A DNA stretch of 64,000 nucleotides from Sphaerodactylus townsendi (Eukaryota), in the NCBI RefSeq assembly GCF_021028975.2, contig NC_059425.1, positions 115,444,001 to 115,508,000 of the forward strand. Direction: 5' to 3'. Positions 61,320 to 64,000 of this stretch are shown in pieces; the first letter of the stretch is position 1; each line of letters begins with the position of its first letter. The notes under the pieces are model-generated. The model worked only from the letters and a program-made list of their open reading frames with translations, searched no databases and was not told the origin of the DNA. The position numbers and the translations under genes are program-made.

Positions 61320-61790
61320 TAGATAGCTGGACAGCTTCTGATATATGAGAGAGGTAACATGTCCAATTCTTACTACATCATGGCTTGGTGTCTTGGTCTA
61401 AGTTTTCCCCTAAATGATTACTCAGGAAAAACTATGTAAATCCGCCAACTCAAATTAGTATGATTCATGGATACAGATACAGAGAGGAAAGACTCAGTTG
61501 TGTTAATGGTAAACTCGATGATACCAGACATCTTGAAACTAGGGTAGAATTAGATAACTGGACAGCTCCTGAAATATGAGAGAGGTAACAAGCTGATACC
61601 TATGTCCAACACTTACTACATCATTGCTTGGTATCTTCATCTAAGTTTCCCCCTAAATGAAAACTCAGAAAAAACTATGTAAATCTGTCAAATCAAATTA
61701 GTATGATACATGGATACAGATACAGAGAGGAAATACCCAGTTGTGTTAATGGTAAATTTGATACCAGACATCTTGAAACTAGGGTAGAAT
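61320..61790. repeat. Diverged tandem duplication (231 plus 240 bp)
   Basis: Copies 61320-61550 and 61551-61790 both run tagata.ctggacagc...gataccagacatcttgaaactagggtagaat. Confidence 0.97.
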
Positions 61791-63764
61791 TTGGCCACAT
61801 AACGTGGGCTATATATGTTACATATAAAGTTATAAATGGTTTTAGATAATATATTTCAGTTATGTCAACTCAGGGATTTCACTACTTTTGGATTCCACAC
61901 AGTCATTTATCTAAAATGCACTTGGCTGTAAGACACAACAGTGTGCTTAGAAAGGTTAATCCAACATCATTTGGGGGGAAAGAAGCTAGCTTGATATTAA
62001 TTTTTTTAATGAGGTGGTACCAGACACATCCAATCTCTGAGTGTAAAAATATCATGATGTCTTCTTATATTGTCTGTTTGCCAGAGCTGGTGTTGACATT
62101 AGCCTGTGGATTTTATCAGTTTAAAAAATGCAGAATGTATAAATGGAGAGCCTAAAAACATGTTGCAAAATCTTTGTCGTCTGTCCAGGTCTACTGTGAG
62201 GAGTTTCAATTCCCTATGACTTCCAAAATTGGACTTTCTTAATTCCCAGGCACACAGGGCCCAAATTGTATTGGGATCATAGCACACAGGGAGGGGAATC
62301 TTAAACCTTCATATTTTCCCAATCTGAAACAGTTGTATTTGCCCCTTTGGGAGAAAATATATATTGACTGCTACATGCATATTTCCACAGTGGGGCCAAT
62401 AATTACTCCCCAAGGTTCTTTCAAGTTGGCACAAAGGAAAATGTTTTAAGTCCTTTTTCTCTCTTTGGACCAGGCCTCCTTGAACCAGGCATTACTGAGT
62501 TCTGAGCATGGAACTCCCAATACATTTCTGATCAAAAGTCCTATAGTGGACCTGGACAGGATGCAAGAACTGTGTAACATACTGTTAAGCCCTGAGTAAG
62601 AGATAATGTTACTGAATGTGATGGGAGGTTCTTTGGACTTGTGGAACAGATATGAGGCAGAGGCCTTGGTTTTCAAACTTGAAGAGTTTTCAGGCTATGA
62701 GTCAGAAGCAGCTCATGTGTAAGATTCTTTTTACGATTCCTTCTTCCATCTACACTGGTGCTGCACAGGGAAGGAAATATGGTACCACTGGAGGGCACAA
62801 TGTAGATACAGAGCTGCTAAGTGGACAGCAGCACTTGGGGTGAGCACAGGTGACAACACTTCTATTACATAATAGGTACTGCAATCAACTTAAACTGTGC
62901 TGTGTAATTTAGAAATCTCTAGTAAAGGTGTTCGCTCCTGTCCTCCCATTCACTGGTGCTTAGCAAAGAAATCTTGGAATCCTCCAGCAAACCACCACAC
63001 ATAAAACTCCACTGCTATGTGTAGCGTGGATCATTTACAGCAGTCAGGCTGCCCATGTACTATAGGAGATTAGCAATACAATATATGGCCATCAAATGGA
63101 GAAGACACACATTGCAGCTTTCCTTCATAGCCAAAATTCCTTGTAGCTGTCCTAGCATGTGATCCAGCAAATCTAAGCACTTTTTAAACTGCTGCACAAT
63201 GTACTCTTCCTTGAAAGCAAATTTTGTTGAATAAACATGCACAGCATCCTATTTATCCATTAGTTTCAGTCAGGGAGATCTGAGCACGCTTTGTGTTTCC
63301 GAGTATAATCAATGAGACTTACAATTGTCTGGCTTTGTGTATTGTGCTCATACATTTTACTGAGTTAACTAAACCTGTATCTTCTTTCATCAGATATTTA
63401 TTTTTACAAGATACTTCAAAAAGAATTCCAACAATTTCAAGCTGATTGTTTGTCTTTGATTCCTCCTATTTTGTCCTGTTACAACAGCTCTTATTATTAG
63501 AACATCCCAGGAGGCCTGAGTTTGCATGAAAATTCTAATAAAACATTTATGCCTTAGCACTTCAAGACTTGTGATCTTTTTGAAACCACTGCAGCCCTTT
63601 TCTTCCTGCTGGGCTTAACTGCTGTTGAATCCAATAATATCATAAGGAACTTTTTAGCATTCTAATCTAAATGATCAAACATTGCTTTAAAATTGCAATA
63701 TTCTTTAGTTTGTTGAGTATCATGTGTGATAATATTGGAGAGAAAATGTAAATTTGCTTTAAGT

Positions 63765-63865
63765 CAGGGGTCTCCAACCTATGACCCTCCAGCATGGCCA
63801 ATTGACGGAACTGATGGAAATTGTAGTTCATGAACATGTGGAGGGCCATAGGTTGGAGACTTCTG
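63765..63865. mobile_element. 101-bp deleted copy of the palindromic hAT MITE
   Basis: TIR CAGGGGTCTCCAACCTATG and TSD CTTTAAGT / CTTTAAAT. Same core as 14147 and 27176, with most of the left arm lost at a ccag microhomology. Confidence 0.85.
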
Positions 63866-64000
63866 CTTTAAATGATGGCATGACCACACACATCATAGGG
63901 AAATATACATATATTTAACTCCAGGTCTAAGAAACTGAGGTTTTTAAAATCTACTTTATCTAGAATCTAAAAAGTTAGTAAGTTTGTTAGTTGAGTTAGT

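Overview
AT-rich, CpG-depleted vertebrate non-coding DNA. The repeat inventory (tRNA-headed SINEs with (CTT)n tails of the Squam3 type, Sauria and 5S-headed SINEs, young L2 and CR1, Penelope-like elements, many hAT and Harbinger MITEs) points to a squamate reptile, probably a gecko. I found no recognisable host protein-coding exon or intact RNA gene, so this looks like a gene desert or a very large intron. Every ORF with recognisable motifs is transposon-derived: CR1 RT, L1, L2, RTE, RTE-X, DIRS RT, Neptune-type Penelope RT plus GIY-YIG, and a Harbinger DDE transposase. The best second-look items are: (i) a Penelope fold-back insertion whose arms stop at the predicted hammerhead-ribozyme cleavage site; (ii) one palindromic MITE core carrying three different hAT terminal repeats; (iii) a fossil Harbinger transposon with a clean spliceosomal intron in its transposase and a tandem duplication starting at its end; (iv) a solo LTR containing a 72/51-bp minisatellite; (v) L2 copies with a shared ORF2 but unrelated 3' UTRs; (vi) several TE-free, CpG-retaining enhancer-like blocks. 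Family names come from recalled motifs, not database searches. I do not see evidence for a wholly new biological system.
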